This document shows, in pieces, positions 1 to 9,406 of a stretch of DNA of 64,000 nt. The DNA is from PVC group bacterium (GTDB lineage Bacteria; Omnitrophota; Gorgyraeia; B26-G9): contig JAAEQR010000034.1 in assembly GCA_024231215.1 (NCBI GenBank), positions 12,668 through 76,667 of the forward strand. Reading direction: 5' to 3'. Made by a program: the position numbers and the translations under genes. Every line of letters begins with the position of its first letter. Position 1 is the stretch's first letter. The notes below the pieces were generated by a model. The model was given only the letters and a program-made list of their open reading frames with translations. It did not search any database and was not told the DNA's origin.

Positions 1-456
1 CGGCACAAGAGCTGCAACAGAATCAACTACTATAATGTCAAAAGCGTTAGACCGGACTAATGTTTCAGTTATTTCTAATGCTTGTTCTCCGTAATCCGGT
101 TGGCTAATGTAAAGGGATTTTACATCTACACCGAGCTTAGAAGAGTGTTCTGTAGAAAGAGCATGTTCAGCATCAATGAAAGCTGCTACTCCCCCGACTT
201 TCTGAGCCTCGGCGATAACGTGCAGGGTAAGGGTAGTCTTTCCGCCCATTTCAGGGCCGTAAATCTCGACAACCCTTCCTCTTGGTAGCCCTCCAATTCC
301 TAAAGCCCCATCTAGCCCTATACTACCAGTGGAAATAGATTCTATTTTCGTGTTTATCGCGTCGTCCCCCAACTTCATTATGGAGCCTTTGCCAAATTGT
401 TTTTCAACCTGGGCAACTGCTTCATCTATTGCTTTCTGTTTTTCTGTGATTGTCAT
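1..456 (-). CDS. recA: RecA recombinase, 5' part (runs off window start)
   Basis: Manual translation from ATG 456: [30 protein letters not shown]...[38 protein letters not shown]...FIDAEHAL...[12 protein letters not shown]...[10 protein letters not shown]; missing from the ORF track because it is incomplete. Confidence 0.95.
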   Translation of the reverse strand, partial: MTITEKQKAIDEAVAQVEKQFGKGSIMKLGDDAINTKIESISTGSIGLDGALGIGGLPRGRVVEIYGPEMGGKTTLTLHVIAEAQKVGGVAAFIDAEHALSTEHSSKLGVDVKSLYISQPDYGEQALEITETLVRSNAFDIIVVDSVAALVP

Positions 457-686
457 TAATATTTGCTCCCGCTTTTTAGTTCACCTCGCAACAAAAGAGC
501 AAGTTTATCGGGGAAGATAATCCATGTTCCCCGCTCAACTCTCTGTATGCCAATCTTATATTTCCTAGCCCACGCAATTAGCGTAGGCCGGGAAACTCCT
601 GCTTCTCTCATTGCCTCTGTAACAGAAATAGCGTCTTCTGTTTCAAAGGCAGCTTCTTCCAACTGAATTCTTGAATTACCCCTCAT
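456..686 (-). CDS. Small helix-turn-helix DNA-binding protein (excisionase/MerR-like)
   Basis: [26 protein letters not shown] pattern; likely start MRGNS at 686; stop overlaps recA ATG (TAATG). Confidence 0.6.
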   Translation of the reverse strand: MRGNSRIQLEEAAFETEDAISVTEAMREAGVSRPTLIAWARKYKIGIQRVERGTWIIFPDKLALLLRGELKSGSKY

Positions 687-1770
687 CTTTCTTATCCAAT
701 TTGTCAAATTCGTCAGCACACTTTTGCCAGATTGCATCATCACAATTACGGCATTCTGATTTGTTGCCATTATCTCTTCCGTAATCATGACCATATGGAC
801 AAGGATTATCTTCAGTGGGGCGAACCCTCGCTCTTTCTCTGCGAGTCCTTCTCTCGGAATCTGCATCATTCACTTCTACAACCTCGGCAGTCGAACCAGC
901 AACCGCGCCACGGTTTTGAAACGGGCTGGCGCCAACAGGTGCGTCTTTCGGCTCAGTGTCCACTGGTTTCTCCTCTTCTTCAACCTCTTGTGTTCCATAA
1001 TAAAGATTGCGAACCTCTTCATAAGTAGGAACAATAAGAAGTTCATCAAGGCTGTAAGTATGATCAAGAACATCTTCCTTGTAAGGTTCTCTGTCGAGAA
1101 AGTCTACCCTTTCATATTTGAAAAATTTACCAAACTGGTTATTAACCTGGATGGTTCTCATCTCAACTGTCTTGCCAATTTCCCGATCATAAAATATTAA
1201 AACCCCGTCACCTTTCTTAGACGAACCAGCTTCTTTGATTAGAGTGTTCTCGAAAAGGAAATAAGACTCTTCAAAAAGTTGAACCTTAGCTTCCGACTCG
1301 GGAGCATCCAGATTTATGATGTTGTAATAGCACCGATGTTTCGCCTGATGTTTCTTAATCATTTCCTTGTCTGCATCAGGGTCTTTCTCTAATTCATTTA
1401 ATTCTTCACAGATTGGGCATTTTCCTTTATTACCGCCGAAGGTCTTATCCAGACACAGAACTCTTTCTTCACTCGGGCCAACATTTTTGTGTACCCATAT
1501 ATCCAGGATATAATCTTCTTTCCCTGCCGGGACTTGCTGAGGATGATTCTTCGTTTTAACCCTGTACGGCAGAATATCTATTCTGTTGTAAACAGGATCA
1601 CTTGGTCTTTCACCAACTTCGGGTTTATAAAACAGATCTTTTCTATAACCGCCGATCAAATCCAGATCTAAAATCTGCCTTTTTCCGGAAAATCCATCCC
1701 CGGTAGCCTTTTTGTAATTATTCAGTAATCTTTCTTGTGCTTCTTTTACTCGTTCTTCTTTTGTACTCAT
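676..1770 (-). CDS. gp32-like single-stranded DNA-binding protein
   Basis: RIDILPY...HKNVGP...C...CPICE Zn motif, acidic C-terminal region; lies between UvsY-like gene and recA. Confidence 0.75.
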   Translation of the reverse strand: MSTKEERVKEAQERLLNNYKKATGDGFSGKRQILDLDLIGGYRKDLFYKPEVGERPSDPVYNRIDILPYRVKTKNHPQQVPAGKEDYILDIWVHKNVGPSEERVLCLDKTFGGNKGKCPICEELNELEKDPDADKEMIKKHQAKHRCYYNIINLDAPESEAKVQLFEESYFLFENTLIKEAGSSKKGDGVLIFYDREIGKTVEMRTIQVNNQFGKFFKYERVDFLDREPYKEDVLDHTYSLDELLIVPTYEEVRNLYYGTQEVEEEEKPVDTEPKDAPVGASPFQNRGAVAGSTAEVVEVNDADSERRTRRERARVRPTEDNPCPYGHDYGRDNGNKSECRNCDDAIWQKCADEFDKLDKKDEG

Positions 1771-1940
1771 TTTTAAATCTCCTTTTTTAAAGTTTTAATT
1801 AGTTTTTCATAATTGATAATAAGCTCATTTAAGTTTGCAATAAATTTTACAGGAACATAAGAAGGTGCTGATTTGGTTAGATTAAATTTAGCGTCATTGA
1901 TTTTTTGATTAAAATACAATTCAAGTGACATTTAATAAAT

Positions 1941-2411
1941 TTACCTCCTTGCATGATCCAACAATTTTTCTCTTACTATTTCCGCCGATATACCAGACGG
2001 TTCAAATTCTTTTTTTAAATCTCTAGGTGTAGTCGGCCCAGCGAAATAATTGCCGATCCACATTCTTACTTCATTTTCCAGCGCCACTTTTTTATCAGTA
2101 ACAGCATCCAGTCTGCCAGAAATAATATCGTCTTCATACATCGCCTGGCTTAACGCGGAAACTGCCTCTTGATAGCGCGGATCTAATTCAATGCTCATCG
2201 TGATCAATGAATCAGTTACTTTTCCTCCTCTTTCTCTCACCTCCTTGCTTATTTCAGCAGATACTTGTTTGACCTTTTGCTTGAGATCTCTTGCATTCTT
2301 TTTTGTCTCCGCAGAAAGTTCCCCGTACTTTAGTCTCAACCGGGGTTGTCTTAACCATTCGACATCTAATGCCTCAGATTCAATGTCAAAATCTTTCCTG
2401 ATCTCGCTCAT
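1941..2411 (-). CDS. UvsY-like recombination mediator
   Basis: 156-aa coiled-coil, DFDIESEALDVEWLRQPRLRLKY resembles UvsY N-terminus; context. Confidence 0.6.
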   Translation of the reverse strand: MSEIRKDFDIESEALDVEWLRQPRLRLKYGELSAETKKNARDLKQKVKQVSAEISKEVRERGGKVTDSLITMSIELDPRYQEAVSALSQAMYEDDIISGRLDAVTDKKVALENEVRMWIGNYFAGPTTPRDLKKEFEPSGISAEIVREKLLDHARR

Positions 2412-2434
2412 AATTTTTCTCCCTTTTTATTTAT

Positions 2435-2935
2435 TTAATTTTTAATTTCAATAGAAGCAATTGTGTCATGTATTGCTCCCCCATGGGAAAATAAACCTAT
2501 TTTATAAACTTGGAATCCTCTTCCTTTTCCCATTACATTACTATGATATCCAAAAGTTATTATTCTGCCGTTCTTTTTTAAAATTCTCGGAACCTCATCT
2601 TTCAATCTTTTAAATGGGCTGGCCTTATTTCCTTTATAAAATTCCATGCTTTTTCTATACGAATAAGGTGGGTCAAGAAGAATAGTATCAAAAATTTTTC
2701 CTTTCCATTTCATAACAAGTTGTAATGCGTCTTCATGGAAATCGGCAAGAGCATCTTCATCTATATCATTTCGCACTTCATCAATATCAAGTTTTGTATA
2801 TCCAGAAAATAAATTCAGAGTCAATCCGACACATTCATTTTCAACCCATTTTCGTATAGGTCTTACTTTGAATGTATATTTATTCAAGGGACATTTTATG
2901 TAATCAAATTTTATTCTCTTTTCCACTTTACTCAA
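2435..2935 (-). CDS. Small adenine-specific DNA methyltransferase
   Basis: LNLFSG motif I, DPPY motif IV. Confidence 0.75.
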   Translation of the reverse strand: MSKVEKRIKFDYIKCPLNKYTFKVRPIRKWVENECVGLTLNLFSGYTKLDIDEVRNDIDEDALADFHEDALQLVMKWKGKIFDTILLDPPYSYRKSMEFYKGNKASPFKRLKDEVPRILKKNGRIITFGYHSNVMGKGRGFQVYKIGLFSHGGAIHDTIASIEIKN

Positions 2936-5900
2936 ACCTCTTTATGAAGTCACAGAAGTTCTTGATACCATCCCGAAACATTTCCTTGTTCTCAGGATTG
3001 TATATTGTTGAAGCAGGATGAATAACCCAACTGATAAAGCAACCATACTTTTCATTCCATTCCAACTCACCGCTCTTATTCATTATACCGCTTTCTTCAT
3101 CTGTAAAAAACTTAATTGAAGTGTTCCCACAAGCCAGAGCAACAAACGGTTCAATTCTTTCAAACTCATCGTCCAGCCACATAGAACATTTTTCTATATG
3201 CTTTTTTGTCGGGGTCTTTATTGTCCTTCCGGGATAGCATTTACAGACATTTGTTACATGGAAATCTCTTCGGGTAAAAGAATTATCTTCTACCTGTTCC
3301 CATAATTTCTTACCGGAATCTCCCACAAAACCTACGCCTGTACGGTCTTCATCCGCTCCAGGTGCTTCACCTATAATCATAATGTTCCGGGTAGAACGGC
3401 TCGGGAGGACAGGGAGAGTACATTCTCCTTCCAGTTGACACTCTTTGCATTCCAGTAATTCCGTGTTTTTGTACCTTGCCCTTTTTACAGGTTTCAACTT
3501 TAATCCTTCAAGTCTGCCCCTCAGTAAATCTTCTGCGAACCACATCCGGTGGCAGACAATGTTACCGCTTTTCTGAGGCATGTTTATTTTAATAAGAACA
3601 TATGAATCTTCTGAATGTTCTATCTCTTCTATATTCTCATTGTAATACGTTTTATCAAAAGAAAACTGGAGATCCCCTGTTTCATCTCTGAATAATACGC
3701 TTACACTGGCTTTTTTCCCGCTACTCCCTTTAAATGTACTAAGCTTTAATTCTTCTATTTTTCCGAAATAATACCTCATATTAGAGTCAATGTCGTATAC
3801 TTTTATGTCTTTTGCTTTTTCTATCTTTATTCCGGAACCATTTAAAAAATTGATAAATTTCTTATACTGATACAAACTATCCCGTACAAAAGAGAGTCCT
3901 GTGTACTCAGATAATCTATCGGCTTCTTCGTCGGTAATAGCCACATTATCATACGCATTTATAATGTCAAGTATATTAAGGAACCTTTTTGTCACTGGTT
4001 CTTTCTCTTCTGAACCCTCATAAAACCCCTTGGCTTCAAGCTTTTTAAAGCTTTTTGCGGTCTTTTCGCCAACACCTTTGATCTCTATAAACGGGGCATA
4101 AAGGATGTTATCTTTTATACTCCACAAGAACGGATCGCTTATCCCGACCTTCGGAAACCGCACATCTATCCCTAAACGGAAAGCTTCCTGAACGAATTCT
4201 GTCTTCTTCGCGTCTTTCTCTGTCCCGGACGCGCCGTATGTGAGAAGGGCGCATATAAACTCCGTGGGATAATTTTGTTTCAGATATTGATCCCAATACG
4301 TCAGCATTGTGTAAACAACTGAATGACTTTTATTAAACGAATACTTTCCATATTCTACAATATTATTCCAGAGGCCATAAGCCTGTTCGTCTGTCAAAGT
4401 TTTCTTCTCTACACACCCTTCCACGAATTGTTCCTCATATTTCCTGAGAGCATCTTTGCCTTTGCTCTTGGCAATATCTTTTCTTATCTTGTCACAAACA
4501 CCCCACTTTAATCCCGCGAGAAGGTTCGCAACCATCATAATCTGTTCTTGGTAAATAAGGAGACCGTAAGTGTCTTTCGTTATCTCGTCGTAAATATGGT
4601 GGAGCCCCGGAGTCTCTTCTAACCCTTTTTTTCTTTTTATATATAAATCGCTGATGCCACTGTTAAGCGGCCCTGGCCTGTAAAGAGCGGTGATGTCAAC
4701 TAAAGTGTTAAAGTTATCGACGCCAACCTGTTTACAATATTTTCGTAACCCCCGAGACCCCACTTGAAAACAGCCTACATTGTTCCCTTTACTGAACTCA
4801 CTGAAACACTTCTCATCATCCAAAGGGATTTCCTTAAAGTTTAAATCTACTCCACGGTTTTCTTTTATGAGCCTCTTAGTTTCCTCTAACACCGATAGCA
4901 TTGACAACCCGAGTACATCCAGCTTAATCAACCCAACATGTTCGATGTCGTCTTTGTCCCAATTTATTACCGGGTTCTTATCTTTATCAACAGTGAAAGC
5001 ACACCTCGTCCCTCCACGAAGGTCTTCATCTGAAATAACCAGGGCTGCTGCATGCACCCCTTTATTCCGGATAGTGCTTTCCATTTCAGCAGATATTTTT
5101 GCCACTTTAGGATATTTCCTGGCGAACCACTTTCCATCTTCAAACATTTCAAATGCTTCTTTGATTGTCTCTCCATAACCTTCATCGCCTTTCAGCCTTG
5201 ATATTATAGCTGAACACCCTCTATCCACATCAACGTAAGGCACATCAAACACTCTGGAGACATCTCTTAAAGCCTGTTTGCCTCCCATAACAGAAGTAGT
5301 GCTTACACTGTTTACATTCCACTCCCCATACAACTCTCCCAGATGATCTCGTATAAGGTGCCGTTTAACATCCGGAAAATCAATATCTATGTCAGGCAGA
5401 GAAATTCTGTCTGGATTTATAAATCTGGAAAACAACAGGTTATACTTTATAGGATCTACACCAGTAATGCCTATCAGATAACAAACAAGAGAGCCAGCAC
5501 TGGAACCCCTTCCCGGGGAAATAAATATATCATTCTTCTTACACCATTCTATAAGTTCCCATACAATCAAAAAATAACGGACAAAATCCTGTCTCACTAT
5601 TAGATTGATTTCCTCTTCAAGCCTTTCCTGATATGCGTCTTCTCCTTTCTTCCCTATCCTGTGCATTCCGCTTTCGCATAAATTTTTTAAGAAAAAGATT
5701 TCGTCTTCCCACGCTAAACTCTCAGGCAAAGGAAGATGAATCTTTTTCTCAGGTATTTTTGTGAACCCACTACACTTCTCCGCCACTTCCATCGTGTTTA
5801 TCAAAGCCCTTCGGCATTCTCTTGAAGAGAGAGCGCCCTGAGCCTCAAAACTTTCAATCATTTCTTCTCTGGTTTTCAAAAAATAACTTCCAGAATCTTT

Positions 5901-6584
5901 AAACTTCCACCTTTTCGGGTCTTTCCATTTCTTCTTAATCTGTACCGCGAGTAAAACTTCATGGTTCAGCACATCTTCACTATTAACAAAATGAGAATCG
6001 TTTGTCGCTATTAACGGCAAACTATACTTTTCTGAATACATTTGACATAATACATTAACATCTTTCTGCTCCTGAAAATTATGAGGCATGATTTCCAGGT
6101 AGAGATCTTCCGTGCTTTGGTCTATTAACCTTTTCAAAAAGTTTTCTCCCCATGGGAAAGAAAGGAAAGACGCGGAACAGGCAGTAGATATGATCAACCC
6201 TTCCCGGTTCTCCGCGAGAAGTTCTGGAGATATTCTCGGTCGGTAATAGAACCCTTCTATGTTTGACAGGGTAATAAGCTTAAGGAGATTGTTCCAGCCG
6301 ACCTCGTTCTTGGCAAACAAGGAAACATGAGCCCGTTTCTCTCCTTTTTCATGGAGAATAATATCTGGAACTATATATAACTCCGCACCGAAGATCGGTA
6401 TAATATTATTCTTTTCACATTCTTTTTGGAACTTAATCGCTCCATCCACGTTGCCATGGTCTGTCATTGCAAGATGGGTAAACCTCGCCCTCCTTGCCAC
6501 TGAAGCATATTTTTTATGAGAGCCAAACCCGTCTAAATACGAGTATTGTGAATGGCAATGTAGGTGACAAAAGTTTTGATCCAT
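2928..6584 (-). CDS. dnaE: DNA polymerase III alpha subunit (DnaE) with C-terminal family-4 uracil-DNA glycosylase domain
   Basis: PHP motifs HLHCHSQYS, TDHG, TNDSH; GRGSSAGSLV; PDIDIDF; SFNKSHS; C-terminal CKECQL..GEAPG..NVCKC..HPAS; likely start MDQNF at 6584. Confidence 0.95.
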   Translation of the reverse strand: MDQNFCHLHCHSQYSYLDGFGSHKKYASVARRARFTHLAMTDHGNVDGAIKFQKECEKNNIIPIFGAELYIVPDIILHEKGEKRAHVSLFAKNEVGWNNLLKLITLSNIEGFYYRPRISPELLAENREGLIISTACSASFLSFPWGENFLKRLIDQSTEDLYLEIMPHNFQEQKDVNVLCQMYSEKYSLPLIATNDSHFVNSEDVLNHEVLLAVQIKKKWKDPKRWKFKDSGSYFLKTREEMIESFEAQGALSSRECRRALINTMEVAEKCSGFTKIPEKKIHLPLPESLAWEDEIFFLKNLCESGMHRIGKKGEDAYQERLEEEINLIVRQDFVRYFLIVWELIEWCKKNDIFISPGRGSSAGSLVCYLIGITGVDPIKYNLLFSRFINPDRISLPDIDIDFPDVKRHLIRDHLGELYGEWNVNSVSTTSVMGGKQALRDVSRVFDVPYVDVDRGCSAIISRLKGDEGYGETIKEAFEMFEDGKWFARKYPKVAKISAEMESTIRNKGVHAAALVISDEDLRGGTRCAFTVDKDKNPVINWDKDDIEHVGLIKLDVLGLSMLSVLEETKRLIKENRGVDLNFKEIPLDDEKCFSEFSKGNNVGCFQVGSRGLRKYCKQVGVDNFNTLVDITALYRPGPLNSGISDLYIKRKKGLEETPGLHHIYDEITKDTYGLLIYQEQIMMVANLLAGLKWGVCDKIRKDIAKSKGKDALRKYEEQFVEGCVEKKTLTDEQAYGLWNNIVEYGKYSFNKSHSVVYTMLTYWDQYLKQNYPTEFICALLTYGASGTEKDAKKTEFVQEAFRLGIDVRFPKVGISDPFLWSIKDNILYAPFIEIKGVGEKTAKSFKKLEAKGFYEGSEEKEPVTKRFLNILDIINAYDNVAITDEEADRLSEYTGLSFVRDSLYQYKKFINFLNGSGIKIEKAKDIKVYDIDSNMRYYFGKIEELKLSTFKGSSGKKASVSVLFRDETGDLQFSFDKTYYNENIEEIEHSEDSYVLIKINMPQKSGNIVCHRMWFAEDLLRGRLEGLKLKPVKRARYKNTELLECKECQLEGECTLPVLPSRSTRNIMIIGEAPGADEDRTGVGFVGDSGKKLWEQVEDNSFTRRDFHVTNVCKCYPGRTIKTPTKKHIEKCSMWLDDEFERIEPFVALACGNTSIKFFTDEESGIMNKSGELEWNEKYGCFISWVIHPASTIYNPENKEMFRDGIKNFCDFIKRFE

Positions 6585-6746
6585 TTTAATATCCCAAAGC
6601 ACTCATAATATTCAACAGCACGATCAGGCCTAACAGGTAATAAAACACCTTTATCCACTGGAGAGAGAAAAAATACCAACTACATCTAATACATAAATAA
6701 ACAACAAAAAGCCAAAAAATAGTTTCCATTTTTCCCTCTCAACTTT

Positions 6747-7040
6747 TTAAAGTTCTGCTTTTATATTAATTGCTTTAAAAACTTTTATTAGTTCTGTCTG
6801 CAATTTTTTACTTATCATCATATCCAACTCTTCGCTGTCTAAATATAAGTCTAACCCATCCGTCCACTCTTTGAGAAACTCTCCTATTTTTACCCCGATG
6901 TGTTTCTTTATATTTAATTCCCTTATGGCAGATTTAAACTGCGCTACGATTGCCTTTTCCAACTCTTTTTCAAGTTCCGGGTGCTTATCAATAATAAAAC
7001 TAATTTTGGTTCTCAATAAATCTTCAACTATATTTTCCAT
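6747..7040 (-). CDS. Hypothetical protein
   Basis: Likely start MENIVED with GGAG RBS; co-oriented with the arm. Confidence 0.55.
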   Translation of the reverse strand: MENIVEDLLRTKISFIIDKHPELEKELEKAIVAQFKSAIRELNIKKHIGVKIGEFLKEWTDGLDLYLDSEELDMMISKKLQTELIKVFKAINIKAEL

Positions 7041-7050
7041 TTTTTTCTCC

Positions 7051-7260
7051 TTATTCTTTGCAGTACGGACAACAGGCTCGTATTCCCTCACCTTCCATAA
7101 AAAACTTAGAATCAAATGTCCAGCCCTGACTTTCTAAAAACTCCATCGCCTCTGTCGCGGTTTCTTCTGATTCTAAACTGACGATCACTTCACCGTAACA
7201 GCCTTCTTTATCCCTTTGTTCGTCACAATTAACTATTACTATTCTCTGTAGTTCTATCAT
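7051..7260 (-). CDS. Small Cys-containing hypothetical protein
   Basis: C...C...CPYC; GAGG RBS. Confidence 0.55.
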   Translation of the reverse strand: MIELQRIVIVNCDEQRDKEGCYGEVIVSLESEETATEAMEFLESQGWTFDSKFFMEGEGIRACCPYCKE

Positions 7261-7269
7261 AGAGCCACC

Positions 7270-7680
7270 TCATCCGTAAATTGTCGCACATATCCTGCAA
7301 GGATGATGTTCGCTTACCTTATCATATATTTTCTTTATATGATCTAAATCCTCAGACATCAAACTCCCTACTTCCCAGCCTCCTTTCTCTTCATCATCAT
7401 AATCTTCATCGAAATAAGCGAGAAAGTATTTTTTAGGATCAACGCTTTTCTTTCTTTTGCCTTTCATGGGAATCTCTTTTATTCCGGATAGAATGGCTTG
7501 ATTTATTTTCTCTTCAAATTTCAGCAACTTAGAGTGCCACCCGTAAACATTGAGCCACTTAGAAAGCAGTTCCCAAACAAGGATATAACAATCTTTACAC
7601 AGGAAAATTTTTTCATCCTGGAACGGGGTCTCTAATTCGTATTCTATTTTCCTTCTTTTACATCTACTACATTTTTCCAT
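7270..7680 (-). CDS. Hypothetical zinc-finger protein
   Basis: CSRC..CKDC; start MEKCSRC directly after the CGTGATATATA motif and RBS. Confidence 0.6.
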   Translation of the reverse strand: MEKCSRCKRRKIEYELETPFQDEKIFLCKDCYILVWELLSKWLNVYGWHSKLLKFEEKINQAILSGIKEIPMKGKRKKSVDPKKYFLAYFDEDYDDEEKGGWEVGSLMSEDLDHIKKIYDKVSEHHPCRICATIYG

Positions 7681-7697
7681 TTTTCCCCCTCTCTTTA

Positions 7698-7708
7698 TAT
7701 ATATCACG
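7698..7708 (-). promoter_or_regulatory. Conserved phage promoter motif CGTGATATATA
   Basis: Same motif upstream of genes at 20196, 29192, 29706, 32176. Confidence 0.6.
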
Positions 7709-7779
7709 GAATTAATTTTGCTGTACGTTTTTTAATAAAAACTTTGTACAAATTAAAGCATGGTTCGGATATACCCCAA

Positions 7780-8097
7780 TTAAATGCCATTGGCTATCAA
7801 ATCATCTAAAATTTTGCTGGCATTATAATATTGTTCATGTGCATTTTCATTGTCACTTCCGGTATGCAAATAAAATTGTTGTAGAACATACAAAACATTT
7901 TTCAATTTTTTCTGCATTTCTGCTATTTTATCTTCGCCAACAGCACTTAATTCATGCTTATGCAAAATGCTGGCTTCCTTTTTAAAGTTTGCCCCACACG
8001 AATTACATTCCCATCTTTCGTTATAAGTCCCATTACTACTAATTGTTGGCTTATATTTTACTATCGAACAAGCACATCCACAATTTTGTTCTTCCAT
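7780..8097 (-). CDS. Modular small protein (Cys-rich N-module plus C-module ending ANGI)
   Basis: AAGGAG RBS; internal site at HEL-S. Confidence 0.7.
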   Translation of the reverse strand: MEEQNCGCACSIVKYKPTISSNGTYNERWECNSCGANFKKEASILHKHELSAVGEDKIAEMQKKLKNVLYVLQQFYLHTGSDNENAHEQYYNASKILDDLIANGI

Positions 8098-8139
8098 TTT
8101 TTATCTCCTTTTCTTCGCACTTCGCATACGCCTTAGCCA

Positions 8140-8388
8140 TTAAATGAAATACTTGCTAAGCACTTCTTGCAATCGTTCTTTATCTAATTCCACAGTATAA
8201 CGTTCTTCGATCAAATTTATAGATTCTATCTCCGCAAGTACATCATCTAATTTGGCATATGTGGAAATTGCTCTTTTGTATTTTACATCTGTTTCCTCAA
8301 TTTTGTCCTCACACCACGTATGGTATCTGTCACCCTCGCCGTCGTCATCATACTGTATGTATATTTCGTCTAATAACATTTTGCTCAT
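8140..8388 (-). CDS. Modular small protein (C-module DVLAEI...EVLSKYFI)
   Basis: AAGGAG RBS; C-terminus paralogous to 9407..9664. Confidence 0.7.
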   Translation of the reverse strand: MSKMLLDEIYIQYDDDGEGDRYHTWCEDKIEETDVKYKRAISTYAKLDDVLAEIESINLIEERYTVELDKERLQEVLSKYFI

Positions 8389-8435
8389 CGCCTATCTCCT
8401 TTCGTTTATTCGCAACATCGCATATGCCTTAGCCA

Positions 8436-8687
8436 TTAGGGTAAATATTTGCTTTTAATTATCTCAAATTGTTGTCTGCTTATACGCATCATATCGTTAT
8501 CACGATGAGAATAATATTCCTCAAGCTCCGCAAAAACTTCCCCTAATTCGGTATATGATGAAATTGCTTGTGCTTTTTCTTTAGCATAATCTTTATATTT
8601 TATCCAAGAACCATCAGCATCTTCTTCAACATCTAATCTATGCCTATCCCAATCAAAACAATCTATACCTATCTCATACCTTTTCAT
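8436..8687 (-). CDS. Modular small protein (C-module EVFAEL...KSKYLP)
   Basis: AAGGAG RBS; AISSYTEL junction motif similar to AISTYAKL in 8140..8388. Confidence 0.7.
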   Translation of the reverse strand: MKRYEIGIDCFDWDRHRLDVEEDADGSWIKYKDYAKEKAQAISSYTELGEVFAELEEYYSHRDNDMMRISRQQFEIIKSKYLP

Positions 8688-8729
8688 TGCCTATCTCCTT
8701 TCCCCGCAACTTCACATATACCTGTACCA

Positions 8730-9377
8730 TTAAATGCCATTGTTGGCCTCGTCAAATAGGCACGGATGCCGAGCCTCGGTTTCACTGTGAACATCAAACG
8801 CACAATTATAAATATGTAGCCCTAAATCTGGATTAACTAAATTTCTAATAATTTGATCCTTCCTGTGCTTAATTTTGTACCCTGAAATATCAAAACCGAA
8901 TCCTTTACTGCCCTTTTTCCGTATATCAAATTTTTCACTTTTTTGAAATGAATTTGAAATTGAATAATTTGACCAAAAACAATGTCTGTCAATTATCTCT
9001 GAGGGTTCAACAAACGGCTTATAATATGGCTTTACATTTTCAACAACATATTTCCCTTTATAGAAATGCTTTAAAAAAACAATTTCTCCCCATAAATTCA
9101 TATCTGGAAAAACTGCATCATACATTTCAGCAATAGCACCCATCCTTCTTATGTCAGAATGGCTTTGACATGGTGGACTTGACCATATGAAATCGTAATC
9201 CTTGTAATTCTTTAATAAAAAATCATGTGCATCATCAACAACAACTGTATCATCAGGAAACAAATCTTTATATATTTCTGCTATCTCTGGATTTAGTTCA
9301 ACTGCTGTAACTTCTACACCCTCCCATAGTTTTCTATTACCGCCAATCCCAGCGTACAAGTTTAAAACTTTCTTCAT
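8730..9377 (-). CDS. C5 cytosine DNA methyltransferase (short phage type)
   Basis: LYAGIGG, SPPCQ, ENV motifs. Confidence 0.9.
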   Translation of the reverse strand: MKKVLNLYAGIGGNRKLWEGVEVTAVELNPEIAEIYKDLFPDDTVVVDDAHDFLLKNYKDYDFIWSSPPCQSHSDIRRMGAIAEMYDAVFPDMNLWGEIVFLKHFYKGKYVVENVKPYYKPFVEPSEIIDRHCFWSNYSISNSFQKSEKFDIRKKGSKGFGFDISGYKIKHRKDQIIRNLVNPDLGLHIYNCAFDVHSETEARHPCLFDEANNGI

Positions 9378-9406
9378 AATATATTCTCCCTATTACTGTT
9401 CATCAA

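Noticed and set aside
2928-6584. Intein or intron in DnaE (also checked helicase and terminase)
   Set aside because: Motifs are colinear with no insertion bearing C...HN splice ends; the extra length is the UDG domain.
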